Positions 39,251 through 49,313 of a DNA stretch of 64,000 nucleotides are shown one piece after another. Source of the stretch: Clostridia bacterium. Its GTDB lineage: Bacteria; Bacillota; Clostridia; Christensenellales; CAG-138. A program made the translations under genes and the position numbers. The notes beneath the pieces are model-generated. The model was not told the origin of the DNA. It worked only from the letters and a program-made list of their open reading frames with translations, and ran no database searches. Position 1 is the first letter of the stretch. Each line of letters starts with the position of its first letter. The DNA lies in the NCBI GenBank assembly GCA_030527115.1, contig JAUNBM010000001.1, positions 11,631 to 75,630 of the forward strand, in the 5' to 3' direction.

Positions 39251-40384
39251 TTATCTCATTATTGCCTTTCTGATTACATCGCAAATCCTATCCACCGTGT
39301 CTTCCTCCAGATATGGGTGCATAGGCAAGCTCAATACCCGATGCGTTGCGGAGAGCGTATTGGGATACCACTCGTCCGGAAGCCGCATATCCGCATACGC
39401 AGTTTGCTGGTGCATTCCACGCGAATAGTAGATCATGGAGGGAATGCCCGCCTCCTTAAGCCGCTTTTGAACGGTATTTCTCCGCTCCTCATTCTCCAGC
39501 AATATCGTATACTGTGCCCAGCTGGAATAATAGCCCTCCGGTATCAGCGGCGTAACGACAAAATCCCGCAAGCGTTCCGTATACCAGCCCGCGATCCGAT
39601 TTACCGCTTCCAGCTCATAGTCAACCAGCGCCCGAAATTTCGGCAACAGAATACCCGCTTGAATCGTATCCAACCGGGAATTTATCCCAATGCAACGGTT
39701 GTCATACTTGTCCTCCGGAGAGCGTCCCTGTGCGCGCAACGATCGCAAAAGGACATCCAGCTCATCATCGTCGGTAAAGATAGCCCCACCGTCACCATAG
39801 CATCCCAACGGCTTCGCCGGGAAAAAGGATGTGGTCGCCGCATCGCCAAACGAGCAGGCGCGCTTGCCGTAAATGCTTCCGCCAAACCCCTGCGCTCCGT
39901 CCTCAAGAATTCTGAGCCCATACTTTTTCGCGATTGCCTCTATCCTCGGATAATCCGCCGGAAGTCCGAACAGATCTACCGGGACGATAGCCCTCGGTGT
40001 GAGCTTGCCCTCGGCAAGCACCCGCTGAATCTGCTCTTCCAAGGCTTCGGGGCTGATATTAAATGTACGCTCATCTATATCCACCAAAACAGGCGTAGCC
40101 CCCAATATTGAAGCGGTTCCCGCCGAAGCAAAATATGTGAAGTTCGAGGTGAACACCGCATCGTTAGCGCCTATTCCCCAAGCCATCAAAGCCAGTTGAA
40201 GGGCATCGGTTCCGCTTGCGCAGGATACACAATGCTTAACTTCTACATAATCGGCAAGCTTCTCCTCCAATTCTGCGACCTTACCGCCCAGAATAAAAGC
40301 GCTACTCTCTATGACTTCCCGAATCCCTTGATCTATTTCCGGTTTTAAACGTCTGTACTGTTCGCCCAAATCACGAAACTGCAT
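39251..40384 (-). CDS. wbpE: UDP-2-acetamido-2-deoxy-3-oxo-glucuronate aminotransferase (WbpE/WlbC-like DegT family)
   Basis: MQFRDLGEQYRRLKPEIDQGIREVIESSAFILGGKV.ELE is the characteristic WbpE-type N-terminus. It sits in a block with wbpD/B/I/A-like genes. Confidence 0.8.
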   Translation of the reverse strand: MQFRDLGEQYRRLKPEIDQGIREVIESSAFILGGKVAELEEKLADYVEVKHCVSCASGTDALQLALMAWGIGANDAVFTSNFTYFASAGTASILGATPVLVDIDERTFNISPEALEEQIQRVLAEGKLTPRAIVPVDLFGLPADYPRIEAIAKKYGLRILEDGAQGFGGSIYGKRACSFGDAATTSFFPAKPLGCYGDGGAIFTDDDELDVLLRSLRAQGRSPEDKYDNRCIGINSRLDTIQAGILLPKFRALVDYELEAVNRIAGWYTERLRDFVVTPLIPEGYYSSWAQYTILLENEERRNTVQKRLKEAGIPSMIYYSRGMHQQTAYADMRLPDEWYPNTLSATHRVLSLPMHPYLEEDTVDRICDVIRKAIMR

Positions 40385-40385
40385 A

Positions 40386-40964
40386 CTATCTTCCTCCCTT
40401 TTTTACCTCAATTAAGCCTGTTTCTTTCTCCTCATAGGCCCTGCCGCACACCTTGCACTCCAGACCTTCGCCCAGCAATTCTCCGCATTCGCACGCCCAG
40501 CCCCGTTGCCGCGCCGGCACTCCCAGCATCAGCGCATGATCGCGAACATCGGAAGCTACCACCGCGCCCGCGCCTATCAACGCCCAGCGGCCTACCGTAT
40601 GCCCGCATACGATGGTGGCGTTCGCTCCGATGGACGCTCCCTCTCTGATCAGTGTGCGTTTGTAGCCGGCGCTACCCTTTGGGTATTTGGCTCTCGGAGT
40701 TAAGTCGTTGGTGAACACGCAGGATGGCCCGCAGAAAACATTGGCTTCGAGCTCCACGCCCTCATATAGCGAGACATTATTCTGAATCTTACAGCCGTTC
40801 CCGATTCTTACGTTATTGGATACGTTCACGTTCTGCCCGAACGAACATTTCCCGCCGATTCGCGCTCCGCGCTGGATATGGCAAAAATGCCAGATCTTAG
40901 TTCCCTCACCGATTTCTACATCCTCGTCGATAAAGGAACTCTCGTGTACAAAGTATGCGCTCAT
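40386..40964 (-). CDS. wbpD: UDP-2-acetamido-3-amino-2,3-dideoxy-glucuronate N-acetyltransferase (WbpD/WlbB-like)
   Basis: FVHESSFIDEDVEIGEGTKIWHFCHI..GARIG hexapeptide protein of the WbpD type. 4-nt overlap with the wbpB-like gene. Confidence 0.8.
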   Translation of the reverse strand: MSAYFVHESSFIDEDVEIGEGTKIWHFCHIQRGARIGGKCSFGQNVNVSNNVRIGNGCKIQNNVSLYEGVELEANVFCGPSCVFTNDLTPRAKYPKGSAGYKRTLIREGASIGANATIVCGHTVGRWALIGAGAVVASDVRDHALMLGVPARQRGWACECGELLGEGLECKVCGRAYEEKETGLIEVKKGGR

Positions 40965-42037
40965 CTATTGAACCTCCCCGCAAAGTCGAGTGTCGAGCAA
41001 CTCTCCAGCGGAAGTTTCACCGGTCTGCCCTCGGCGGCGGATTTGTATATCGCAAGCACAAGTTCAAGCGCCCGCTTTCCGTCCTCCGCCGTGATATACG
41101 GCTGACGTCCCGTTTTTATTGCGTCGATTACATCGGCATATAGGGGCGTATGTCCAAACCCATAGACGTTCGGGGGGTTCTCGTGATAATGCGCCTTAAC
41201 AAACTCGGGGTCGTCAAGCTTGTCCTCAAACGCCCACTCCTCAATTATATTTACCGATTTTCCGCCGGCTTTCACCGTACCTCTTTCGCCAAACAAATAG
41301 AGCGTTTCCTCCAGATTCTTGGGATAAACATTCGTTGTTCCTTCAATGATTCCGTATGAACCGTTCTTAAATTTAACAAGTGCGACGCCTAAATCCTCCG
41401 CTTCTATATACGGATGCTCGAGATTGTCCGTATAGGCAAAGACCTCACAAATCTCGTCTCCCATCATCCATCTCAGCAGATCAATGTTATGGATACATTG
41501 GTTCATCAATGCGCCGCCATCCTGTTCCCAAGTTCCGCGCCACGGAGCCTGGGTATAATACTCAGCCCCGCGATTCCAGCGAATATGAGCGGTACCGTGA
41601 AGCATTCTCCCAAATCGACCCTCCTCGACAGCCTTTCTCATATATCTCACAGACTTATTAAAACGGTTCTGATGGTTCGCACACACCTTCACTCCCTTGC
41701 GCTTCGCTGCTTCTATGATAGCGTTCGCATCGGCGATAGAGAGCGCAATGGGTTTTTCGATAATCAGATTGCACCCCGCCTCGATACAGTCAAGCGCGAT
41801 AGCCGCGTGCTTGCCTGATTCCGTGGCTATGGCCACCAATTCCGGCCTTTCCTTTTCCAAGAGTTCACGGTAATCCGTATAACGGCACGTTGACGACGGC
41901 AGGTCGAATTTGACCGCCTTGTCCTCCATGTTCTCGGGAATGATATCGCAAAGCGCACAGAACTCCAATCCGTTCTCCTTCGCCGCAGCTATATGATTCG
42001 GCGATATGCGGCCGCACCCGATCAATGCATATTTCAT
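40961..42037 (-). CDS. wbpB: Gfo/Idh/MocA oxidoreductase (WbpB/WlbA-like UDP-GlcNAcA 3-dehydrogenase)
   Basis: MKYALIGCGRISPNHIAA N-terminal Rossmann fold, EKP motif (IIEKPIALS). Function assigned partly from context. Confidence 0.75.
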   Translation of the reverse strand: MKYALIGCGRISPNHIAAAKENGLEFCALCDIIPENMEDKAVKFDLPSSTCRYTDYRELLEKERPELVAIATESGKHAAIALDCIEAGCNLIIEKPIALSIADANAIIEAAKRKGVKVCANHQNRFNKSVRYMRKAVEEGRFGRMLHGTAHIRWNRGAEYYTQAPWRGTWEQDGGALMNQCIHNIDLLRWMMGDEICEVFAYTDNLEHPYIEAEDLGVALVKFKNGSYGIIEGTTNVYPKNLEETLYLFGERGTVKAGGKSVNIIEEWAFEDKLDDPEFVKAHYHENPPNVYGFGHTPLYADVIDAIKTGRQPYITAEDGKRALELVLAIYKSAAEGRPVKLPLESCSTLDFAGRFNR

Positions 42038-42039
42038 AT

Positions 42040-43119
42040 TTAGCTCTCCTTTTCCCAGTTCCGAATAATTCCACAGATTGTCTCGGCGGCGTGTCCGTCG
42101 CCAAAGGGCTTATAATCCGGATCAATTTCCTGCTTCGCCGAAAGCTTTTTAAGAATATCCTCCCGTTTAGCCCTTGCAAGTTGATTCCGATTTCCCACCA
42201 TGGTCTCCGGCCAGGCCACATGGTCGAATACAAATACGCACTGCACTCCCGCATAAAACGCCTCACATTGTAAGCCTCCGGAATCTGTCACTATCTTCAA
42301 CGCAGTTTGCGTCAGATGTACCGAGTCGGAATACCCGACCGGTTGCGTCAAAATGATGTTTTTGAAGCCTCTGTTTTGGCACACTCTAAGCGCCCGTTCG
42401 TGATTTCTCGGATGCACGGGATATATAGTAGGCGCGTCCAGGCTGTTCATGGCGGACAAAATCTCGGTTAAGGGTTCATCGCTATAGGTGTTCTCCTGCC
42501 GGTGGCAGGTCATATAATAGAAGCTCTCAGGCAACTCCACCACCGCTCCTCCAAAGTCCAGTATATTCCCCTTATTCCAGGGCTGTCCTGCAAAATGAAG
42601 GAACGAATCATACATGATGTTGCCCACGCAATAGGCCTTTTCTCCCAGTCCTTCCCGCTCCAACTTTTGACGCGCATCCTCCGTGGCGCAAAACAACAAC
42701 GTCGAACAATGATCCGTCAGCGTGCGATTGACCTCCTCAGGATTATCGATAGTACCCAGCCTGTTGCCCGCCTCCACATGGAAAACGGGAATGCGCAACT
42801 TCACCGCCGCCAAAGCGCCGGCTAAGGTCGAATTGGTGTCCCCATACACCAACAGCGCATCCGGCAATTCCGCCTCCAGTACCCGTTCAATCTCCACGAG
42901 CATCTTGCCGGTCATCTGCGCGTGAGTTCCGCCCGCAATTCCCAGATTATAATCGGGGGCAGGAATGCCCATCTCGCGAAAGAAAACCGCCGACATATTG
43001 TCATCGAAGTGCTGGCCCGTATGCACCAAAATCTCCCGATGCTCTTTGCGCAACTGGCGCGAACCCGCCGCCGCCTTGATAAATTGTGGCCGCGCCCCCA
43101 CAACGGTTACTATCTTCAT
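42040..43119 (-). CDS. wbpI: UDP-sugar 2-epimerase, non-hydrolysing (WbpI/WecB family)
   Basis: MKIVTVVGARPQFIKAA..HTGQHFD..M signature of the WecB family. Confidence 0.8.
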   Translation of the reverse strand: MKIVTVVGARPQFIKAAAGSRQLRKEHREILVHTGQHFDDNMSAVFFREMGIPAPDYNLGIAGGTHAQMTGKMLVEIERVLEAELPDALLVYGDTNSTLAGALAAVKLRIPVFHVEAGNRLGTIDNPEEVNRTLTDHCSTLLFCATEDARQKLEREGLGEKAYCVGNIMYDSFLHFAGQPWNKGNILDFGGAVVELPESFYYMTCHRQENTYSDEPLTEILSAMNSLDAPTIYPVHPRNHERALRVCQNRGFKNIILTQPVGYSDSVHLTQTALKIVTDSGGLQCEAFYAGVQCVFVFDHVAWPETMVGNRNQLARAKREDILKKLSAKQEIDPDYKPFGDGHAAETICGIIRNWEKES

Positions 43120-44427
43120 TTACAGCACCTCGATATTGTCGCGTTGCTCGATCTCTTTCATTACATTCTTAGTATCAAAGATTACCTTAGCGTGCTTCTG
43201 CACAAACTCATAGTCCACATTTGTATGAGCGCAAGTCACCAGCACTATATCCGCACTCTCAAGCAACTCAGCCGTCAGCGCTTTTGCTCCTTCCATTATA
43301 TGTCCGTTTTCCTTGAAGACTGGAATATAGGGATCATAATAGCACACATCCGCCCCGACTTTTTTGAGTTCGTCGATAACACGAATCGCAGGGCTCTCAC
43401 GATAGTCGTCAATATCCTGCTTGTATGCCACTCCCAACACCAACGCCTTAGCTCCATTTATGGCTTTTTTGCACTTATTCAGTATGTGCATTGCACGCTG
43501 TACGCAATATTCCGGCATACGGTCGTTTACCATCATGGACGCCTCGATCATTGATGTGTGGAAGCCATATTCCCGCGCTTTCCATGAGAGATAGTATGGG
43601 TCAAGGGGGATGCAGTGTCCTCCGAGTCCGGGACCGGGATAAAACGCCTGAAAGCCATAGGGTTTGGATTTCGCCGCGTCAATGACCTCCCATATGCTGA
43701 TTCCCATTCTCTCACATAGAAGCGCGAGTTCATTCACCAAACCGATATTAACATTGCGATAGGTGTTCTCAAGTATCTTTTCCATCTCCGCAACCGCAGG
43801 GTTGCTTACGCGATGTACCGGGGCTTCAAGCACCATTTCATACATAGTAGCCGCCACATCCGTGCATTCGGGCGTACAGCCGCCAACCACCTTGGGCGTG
43901 TTCTTGGTCTTATACAGCAAATTGCCCGGGTCCACACGCTCCGGCGAGAACGCCAGATAAAAATCCGTCCCGCACTTGAGCCCGCTTCTTTCCAAAATAG
44001 GTTTCAAAAGTTCCTCGGTCGTGCCCGGATATGTGGTCGATTCCAACACCACCAGCATCTCCTTGTGCATATATGGCGCGATGCTCTCGGCAGAGGACTT
44101 CACATAGCTGATATCCGGTTGTTGATGAGCGTCCAGTGGGGTCGGCACGGCAATGCAAACGCAGTCGCATTGTGCAACCGATGCAAAATCCGTGGTCGCC
44201 TTCAGATTCCCGGAGGCCACAATCTTTTCCAAATCCTCATTCACAACATCGCCGATATAGTTGTGCCCGGCGTTAACCATGTCCACCTTTTCTTTTTGGA
44301 TGTCAAACCCCAGCACTCGAAACCCCGCCTTGGCCTTTTCCACGGCAAGGGGTAGCCCTACGTAGCCCAAACCTACTACGCCAAGTGTGGCGGTCTTTGT
44401 TAATAGTTTTTGTTTTAGTTGACCCAT
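43120..44427 (-). CDS. wbpA: UDP-N-acetyl-D-glucosamine (or ManNAc) 6-dehydrogenase (WbpA/TviB/WecC family)
   Basis: LGVVGLGYVGLPLAVE Rossmann N-terminus and GLGGHCIPLDP catalytic-Cys motif of nucleotide-sugar dehydrogenases. Confidence 0.8.
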   Translation of the reverse strand: MGQLKQKLLTKTATLGVVGLGYVGLPLAVEKAKAGFRVLGFDIQKEKVDMVNAGHNYIGDVVNEDLEKIVASGNLKATTDFASVAQCDCVCIAVPTPLDAHQQPDISYVKSSAESIAPYMHKEMLVVLESTTYPGTTEELLKPILERSGLKCGTDFYLAFSPERVDPGNLLYKTKNTPKVVGGCTPECTDVAATMYEMVLEAPVHRVSNPAVAEMEKILENTYRNVNIGLVNELALLCERMGISIWEVIDAAKSKPYGFQAFYPGPGLGGHCIPLDPYYLSWKAREYGFHTSMIEASMMVNDRMPEYCVQRAMHILNKCKKAINGAKALVLGVAYKQDIDDYRESPAIRVIDELKKVGADVCYYDPYIPVFKENGHIMEGAKALTAELLESADIVLVTCAHTNVDYEFVQKHAKVIFDTKNVMKEIEQRDNIEVL

Positions 44428-44564
44428 TCGTTTTCCTCCAATTGATTATTTCAACATTTTACATCGGCATCGGCTCCATTGGCATTCACTATCTATAACG
44501 GACCCACTCGTAAGAGCCTTTGGTACCCTCGTTTTTATTTGACACTTAGTTATTCTATCGCAAA

Positions 44565-45524
44565 TTAATGTCCCGTGATCTTTGCCCATTTACGAATATA
44601 ATGCTCAAATGTAGTGCGCGGCGCAATAGATTGTAGATTTTGCAGTAGCGCAATATGTATCAAATGATACTTTTCGTTCTGATTCTTTCCGATTAACCCT
44701 GCCGTATGGTATGAAAGATCGTAACTACTGCAAACGTCATCATCATATAGAGGTAGCATTCGTTCAACAGCATCCACTTGCGACTCCCACATTTTGTAAA
44801 CATACTCATCGCCGGTGAGTTTCGCATAATCGAACAAGCCAAAGGAGCAAAACAAAGTTCCGTTCAGCGTAAAACTCGGTGTATCGGTAGGATATTCTTC
44901 ATACACCTTATATCCGTCAAATTCTGCGCACAGCCCACCATCGGATACGGGAACTTCCAGCATCTCGAGCGCACTTCTTGCTACCTTCAAATATTTCTCC
45001 TGTTTTGTGATGCCATATACTCTCATCAGCAGAGAGATTCCCTCGCCCTGTGCCATCGCGCTCGCCCAGGGGGAGTGAAGAGTATCGCCTGTACCTTTAT
45101 GGTGAAAATCGGATTGGTAATACCAGCACCCCGTCTTCGCATCCTGATTCTCCAGTAGCCAGTCACAGACAGCACGCGCTCTCTCCAAGTGCTCTTCAGC
45201 TCGGGTAGTATGGTAATAGCCATATTCTGCAAGTCCGTATTGAATCACGCTCACCGGATTATATACCGAATCTTTATGTGGAATCCCCTTTGCATCATAT
45301 TGTCTCGCCGCGTTTAAGCTTGCGTAATGGGAGGGCGGCTTCGCAAACATGGTTGGGTAAAGTCCATCGGAACGGTAATCAATTGAAACTCCTTTCTTAA
45401 CCGACAGATCATTAATTACCGCGTTGGATCTGTAGCATATTCTCTTAACCCTCCAGTATGCGAGACGCGGAAACAGCTCCATAAATCGTTTTTTCAGGGC
45501 GACATAGAATTTTCCTTTACCCAT
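44565..45524 (-). CDS. D-glucuronyl C5-epimerase C-terminal-domain-like protein
   Basis: YNPVSVIQYGL, SPWASAMAQGEGISLLMRVYGITKQEKYLKVA and GGL.. resemble the (alpha/alpha)-barrel C5-epimerase domain (W.SAMAQG..ISVL.RAY pattern). ATG 45524 (MGKGKF..) has AAGGAGGTG upstream and overlaps the upstream stop (ATGGGTAA). Confidence 0.55.
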   Translation of the reverse strand: MGKGKFYVALKKRFMELFPRLAYWRVKRICYRSNAVINDLSVKKGVSIDYRSDGLYPTMFAKPPSHYASLNAARQYDAKGIPHKDSVYNPVSVIQYGLAEYGYYHTTRAEEHLERARAVCDWLLENQDAKTGCWYYQSDFHHKGTGDTLHSPWASAMAQGEGISLLMRVYGITKQEKYLKVARSALEMLEVPVSDGGLCAEFDGYKVYEEYPTDTPSFTLNGTLFCSFGLFDYAKLTGDEYVYKMWESQVDAVERMLPLYDDDVCSSYDLSYHTAGLIGKNQNEKYHLIHIALLQNLQSIAPRTTFEHYIRKWAKITGH

Positions 45525-46764
45525 TAAGAACACCTCCTTTGCCCAGTAGTTCCTCATAGAATAATTGATAGTTTTTCTCGGCGTTAAAACACTCGTTCCA
45601 GAAAGAAAAGGCATTCTTACGCAAAATTTCATATTCAACGTTGGGGGCGTTCATCACCTTCAATATTACCTCGGCAAGCTCCGATGCGGTAATATCTTCG
45701 CTGACAAGATAGCCGTTAACGCAATTCTGTACGATCTCGTTTGTCCCTCCGACGTCGGTAGCGATAACCGGGACGCCGAATGAAATGGCTTCCATGATGG
45801 ACACCGGCAGTCCTTCAGATGAGCTTGTATTCACAAACAGGTGAACGTCATTATCCTTGTAATACGCAAGGATCTCATCGTGAGGCGTATTCCCTTTAAG
45901 TTCATATCGTATATTGGGGGGCAGATGCTTTATAGCTTCTATCACGGATTCACGCTCCGGCCCATCGCCAAAATGTATCCATTCAATCGCCTTGTCTGTT
46001 ATCAGTGATAAAGCCTCCACAAACAGCGGTATTCTCTTTAATTTAACAATGTAAGCGCAGGTAACGACTCTAAAAACACTTCGGCTGTTAATCTCACGGA
46101 TTCCGCTGATGTTGCTTGTGCCAAGATAGCTACAATGGATTCTATCAGCATACCCGTATTTATTCGTCAAGTAATCTCTGCCGCCACGGGAAACGGTATA
46201 GACAGCGTTCAGGTTTTGAAAGAGATATGATCTCATTGGAGCATATCCAAGCCGATGACGATCTTCGTAAAGATCGCCGCCATGAGCACGCGAAAACGCT
46301 TTGCACCCATATTTTTGCCTCAATTTTGCAATCGCATAAGCGCTGTCTACCATCCAGTACGAGTAAAGAACAAGTCGTGAAGGATTAGTGCGAAGTTCTT
46401 TTTGAAACCGCTTTGCCAAAGCGCGGAATATCCGCTCTCCTCGCGCCTGAAAAGCCAGTAGTTCTCTCAAAACCGCACCGTTCATTCGCTTTTGACGCCG
46501 TAACATGGTTATTTCAGCATGAAAAGTTTTTGAAAAGACGCATCTGACAGAATACATAATTTTTGCCAAGGGGGAAAACCGGCGTTCAAACAGTTTGGAG
46601 TATCTTATGCCATCTTCCACGTCTTTCGATCTCGCCGCCTCATCGTGCGCGTTAACCGCTATTATCTCGGGGGCATGACTGTTGAGTAAGTACGGTAATT
46701 CCGGCAAGATGAAAGATTCACCTTTCCCGTATGGATAATTGGACGTCAGCAGAATTATTTTCAC
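45517..46764 (-). CDS. GT4-family (GT-B fold) glycosyltransferase
   Basis: LFVNTSSSEGLPVSIMEAISFGVPVIATDVGGTNEIV contains the E-x7-E GT4 motif. Confidence 0.8.
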   Translation of the reverse strand: MKIILLTSNYPYGKGESFILPELPYLLNSHAPEIIAVNAHDEAARSKDVEDGIRYSKLFERRFSPLAKIMYSVRCVFSKTFHAEITMLRRQKRMNGAVLRELLAFQARGERIFRALAKRFQKELRTNPSRLVLYSYWMVDSAYAIAKLRQKYGCKAFSRAHGGDLYEDRHRLGYAPMRSYLFQNLNAVYTVSRGGRDYLTNKYGYADRIHCSYLGTSNISGIREINSRSVFRVVTCAYIVKLKRIPLFVEALSLITDKAIEWIHFGDGPERESVIEAIKHLPPNIRYELKGNTPHDEILAYYKDNDVHLFVNTSSSEGLPVSIMEAISFGVPVIATDVGGTNEIVQNCVNGYLVSEDITASELAEVILKVMNAPNVEYEILRKNAFSFWNECFNAEKNYQLFYEELLGKGGVLNG

Positions 46765-46772
46765 CTGTTACC

Positions 46773-48125
46773 TCATATAAGGAATAAAAACCACCAAATA
46801 TATGTTTGAAGCATTGCAAGCGAAGCGCCAAAGACAAGCATAGCAGTTTTTATCTCTACGACCGCAAGATAGGCGGGATCGCTTGTGGCGCGGTACAACT
46901 TATAATAATTGTACAGTCTGGACAAATACAAGCCGAACATAACGATCGCTCCAAACACCCCAAACGCCATCAGGTAATCTATGTAAACATTATGTGTTAC
47001 CACTGTTCTTCCTATGGCCGAGAAAATGCTTTGAGTGCCGACTACGTTAAATCCGAATAGTTGCCTCAGCAACCCTTCTCTTAAGAAATAATCCATATAG
47101 GTATTGGCTATGCTACTGCGTGCTGCGGTTGCATATTCAACATCGCCTACTGTGAAAGCATTAAACGTCTCTTCCCAGCGTTCCAATATGTAATCTAAAT
47201 TGGAAATCCTAATCACATTGGCATTGATTAAAAAAAGTCCGATTACAGCAACCGCTGCGATACCGACCGCTATTTTAATTCTTTTGGTTACTCCGCGAGT
47301 AAGTATAATCTTCAATACAAGTATCCCCAAAGCCACAAGAAGCCCGGCTCTGCTTCCGGATCGGAATATTCCTATGATAATAATTACGCATGCTATAGTC
47401 TGGAGCGCTTTTTTGTAGGGTTTATTAAATTGAACATTCAGTAGCACACAAAGCCCTATACAGCATACGAACGATGCGTAGTTTGGATCCGAAAATCCAA
47501 CCCCTGCCATTCTTTCGGTTTCCCCGACAGTTCCGGTTAATCCAAAGCAAAGCGCAAGAGCCGGAATCAGAGAGGACAGATAAAGCACAGCAAACAGACC
47601 GTCAAATCGTTCACGTTCCTTTAGACATTCCTCTCCTATTATCATGCTGCATATTATGATTATTATTTGTTTTATGGATACATTCCCATAGTACGAGTAG
47701 GCAAAAGCAAAATAGAGAATACTCAAGACTAATACCAGTAAATAGCTACGTTTGATTTTGGACTTCTTTTTGATGAAAAGCTTATAGAACAAAAAAGGAA
47801 GATAAAATATGAGTAACGTAAATCTTCCCATAATCAGAGTGCCCATCGGATTGTCCAAAAAGCATAATGGAAATATTAGATACTCAAACGAATCATACTT
47901 GAACAGCAAAACCAAGGATAGCGGAAGCAAGGAATACTTCAATGCAGTCGCTAACTGCGGCAAAAAAATAATTGTCGAGACTATGACGAGAAAGGCAACA
48001 ACCAAAATGAGTTCTTGCTTTCTCGCGCTTGTTTCATCATTAGCTTGTTGCTTTAATCTATTGTAGGTTCTAATGCGCGATTCTATCATCTCATCGCCAG
48101 TGCGGCATCTGCCGGGACGGTACAC
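46773..48125 (-). CDS. wzy: Wzy-like polymerase / O-antigen-ligase-domain membrane protein
   Basis: About 10-12 TM segments. The periplasmic-loop region has FRSGSRAGLLVALGILVL, typical of the Wzy_C domain. The start is uncertain (GTG 48125 or ATG 48089). Confidence 0.6.
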   Translation of the reverse strand: MYRPGRCRTGDEMIESRIRTYNRLKQQANDETSARKQELILVVAFLVIVSTIIFLPQLATALKYSLLPLSLVLLFKYDSFEYLIFPLCFLDNPMGTLIMGRFTLLIFYLPFLFYKLFIKKKSKIKRSYLLVLVLSILYFAFAYSYYGNVSIKQIIIIICSMIIGEECLKERERFDGLFAVLYLSSLIPALALCFGLTGTVGETERMAGVGFSDPNYASFVCCIGLCVLLNVQFNKPYKKALQTIACVIIIIGIFRSGSRAGLLVALGILVLKIILTRGVTKRIKIAVGIAAVAVIGLFLINANVIRISNLDYILERWEETFNAFTVGDVEYATAARSSIANTYMDYFLREGLLRQLFGFNVVGTQSIFSAIGRTVVTHNVYIDYLMAFGVFGAIVMFGLYLSRLYNYYKLYRATSDPAYLAVVEIKTAMLVFGASLAMLQTYIWWFLFLI

Positions 48126-49313
48126 TCAACACAGCACATTCGCATATTCTTCTTGCAGGAGTACTCTTTCCCTGTCCCAGCACAACTCCTCCTTTGCTAC
48201 GCTCAGATTCACCTTACAACTCGCATAAAATGCTTTGTCAGTCCTTAACCGTTCAATAGCACGGTCTATCTCTTGAGCATTTGTTATGTCAACCGCAATC
48301 CCTATGCCGTAGCGCTCTATGTATCCTTTCAGCACCAATGTATCCGTGCTGATAATCGGAGTCAGGCTTTGCACGTTTTCAAAAAACTTGTTTGGAAGCG
48401 AATACTCGGCATTTGCGGCATATTTCTGATGCAGTATCATTCCTGCGTCCGCGGCTCCTGCATAGCGGTACAATTCATTGAGCGGTACAGAGGGATGAAA
48501 AACTATTCGACTTTCTATACCCAATTCCCTCGTCTTGTTCTTGAGTTCATTCAAATACGCTTCTGTGCCATTGCCCAAAACGACGCCGGCAACGTTCGGA
48601 TTGCGCGCCACCGCCCCTAACAAGGCTTCAATGTTGCGTTTGGGCATTAAGCCTCCGTGATACATGAGCAGGAATGTGTCCTTTGAAACGCCCATCTCCC
48701 GACATATTTCTTCACGAGTTTGAGAAATCTTCTTGCTATCGAGTTTCCAATTCTCCGGCGTACTGCGCACTACCAACGGTCTCCGCTTCAGCTTATGTAT
48801 CCGCTGAACCTCGTCCGCTATACTGTCGTTCACCATAATGGAGAAGGCGCAACGCTTAATTAAAAACCGCTCCATCTTCCCTATGAGGCATTTCGCTATT
48901 CGCCCCCGCTCATTGTTCCGGCCTATTTCAAATTCGTGAGCGTCGTACACGAGCTTTGGCTTTCTCCGCTTGGGAACAAACCATGTTGACAACCATCCCA
49001 CGATTAGCCCGCTTAAATCATGCCCGGAAATAACATCAGGTTTGAAGTAACGCACCTTCCGCCCCCAAATGAATATGCTCAAAGCGCGATTCACGGCATT
49101 GGGAATCCGGCGTCCCAAGGGTCGTGTAGAAAAGCGATATACGTCATATCCGTCTACGATATCTTTACGTCCGTTATCTCCGGGATTGCCCTTTGCCATC
49201 ACGATAACTTCCGCACCCAGTCCCCTGCAGACGGACAATTCGCGCTTATCGCGGCTTGCATTTTCCCATGTGCCACAGCAAATTTTTAAAACACGTTTTT
49301 TTTCGTTATCCAT
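48126..49313 (-). CDS. GT4-family glycosyltransferase
   Basis: GT-B layout. The C-terminal half has ..MILHQKYAANAEYSLPNKFFENVQSLTPIIST.., an E-x7-E-like region. Confidence 0.7.
   Translation of the reverse strand: MDNEKKRVLKICCGTWENASRDKRELSVCRGLGAEVIVMAKGNPGDNGRKDIVDGYDVYRFSTRPLGRRIPNAVNRALSIFIWGRKVRYFKPDVISGHDLSGLIVGWLSTWFVPKRRKPKLVYDAHEFEIGRNNERGRIAKCLIGKMERFLIKRCAFSIMVNDSIADEVQRIHKLKRRPLVVRSTPENWKLDSKKISQTREEICREMGVSKDTFLLMYHGGLMPKRNIEALLGAVARNPNVAGVVLGNGTEAYLNELKNKTRELGIESRIVFHPSVPLNELYRYAGAADAGMILHQKYAANAEYSLPNKFFENVQSLTPIISTDTLVLKGYIERYGIGIAVDITNAQEIDRAIERLRTDKAFYASCKVNLSVAKEELCWDRERVLLQEEYANVLC

Noticed and set aside
39104-40111. 335-aa plus-strand ORF
   Set aside because: It is antisense to the wbpE-like aminotransferase and the paralog-2 gene, is Arg/Pro-rich and has no motif.
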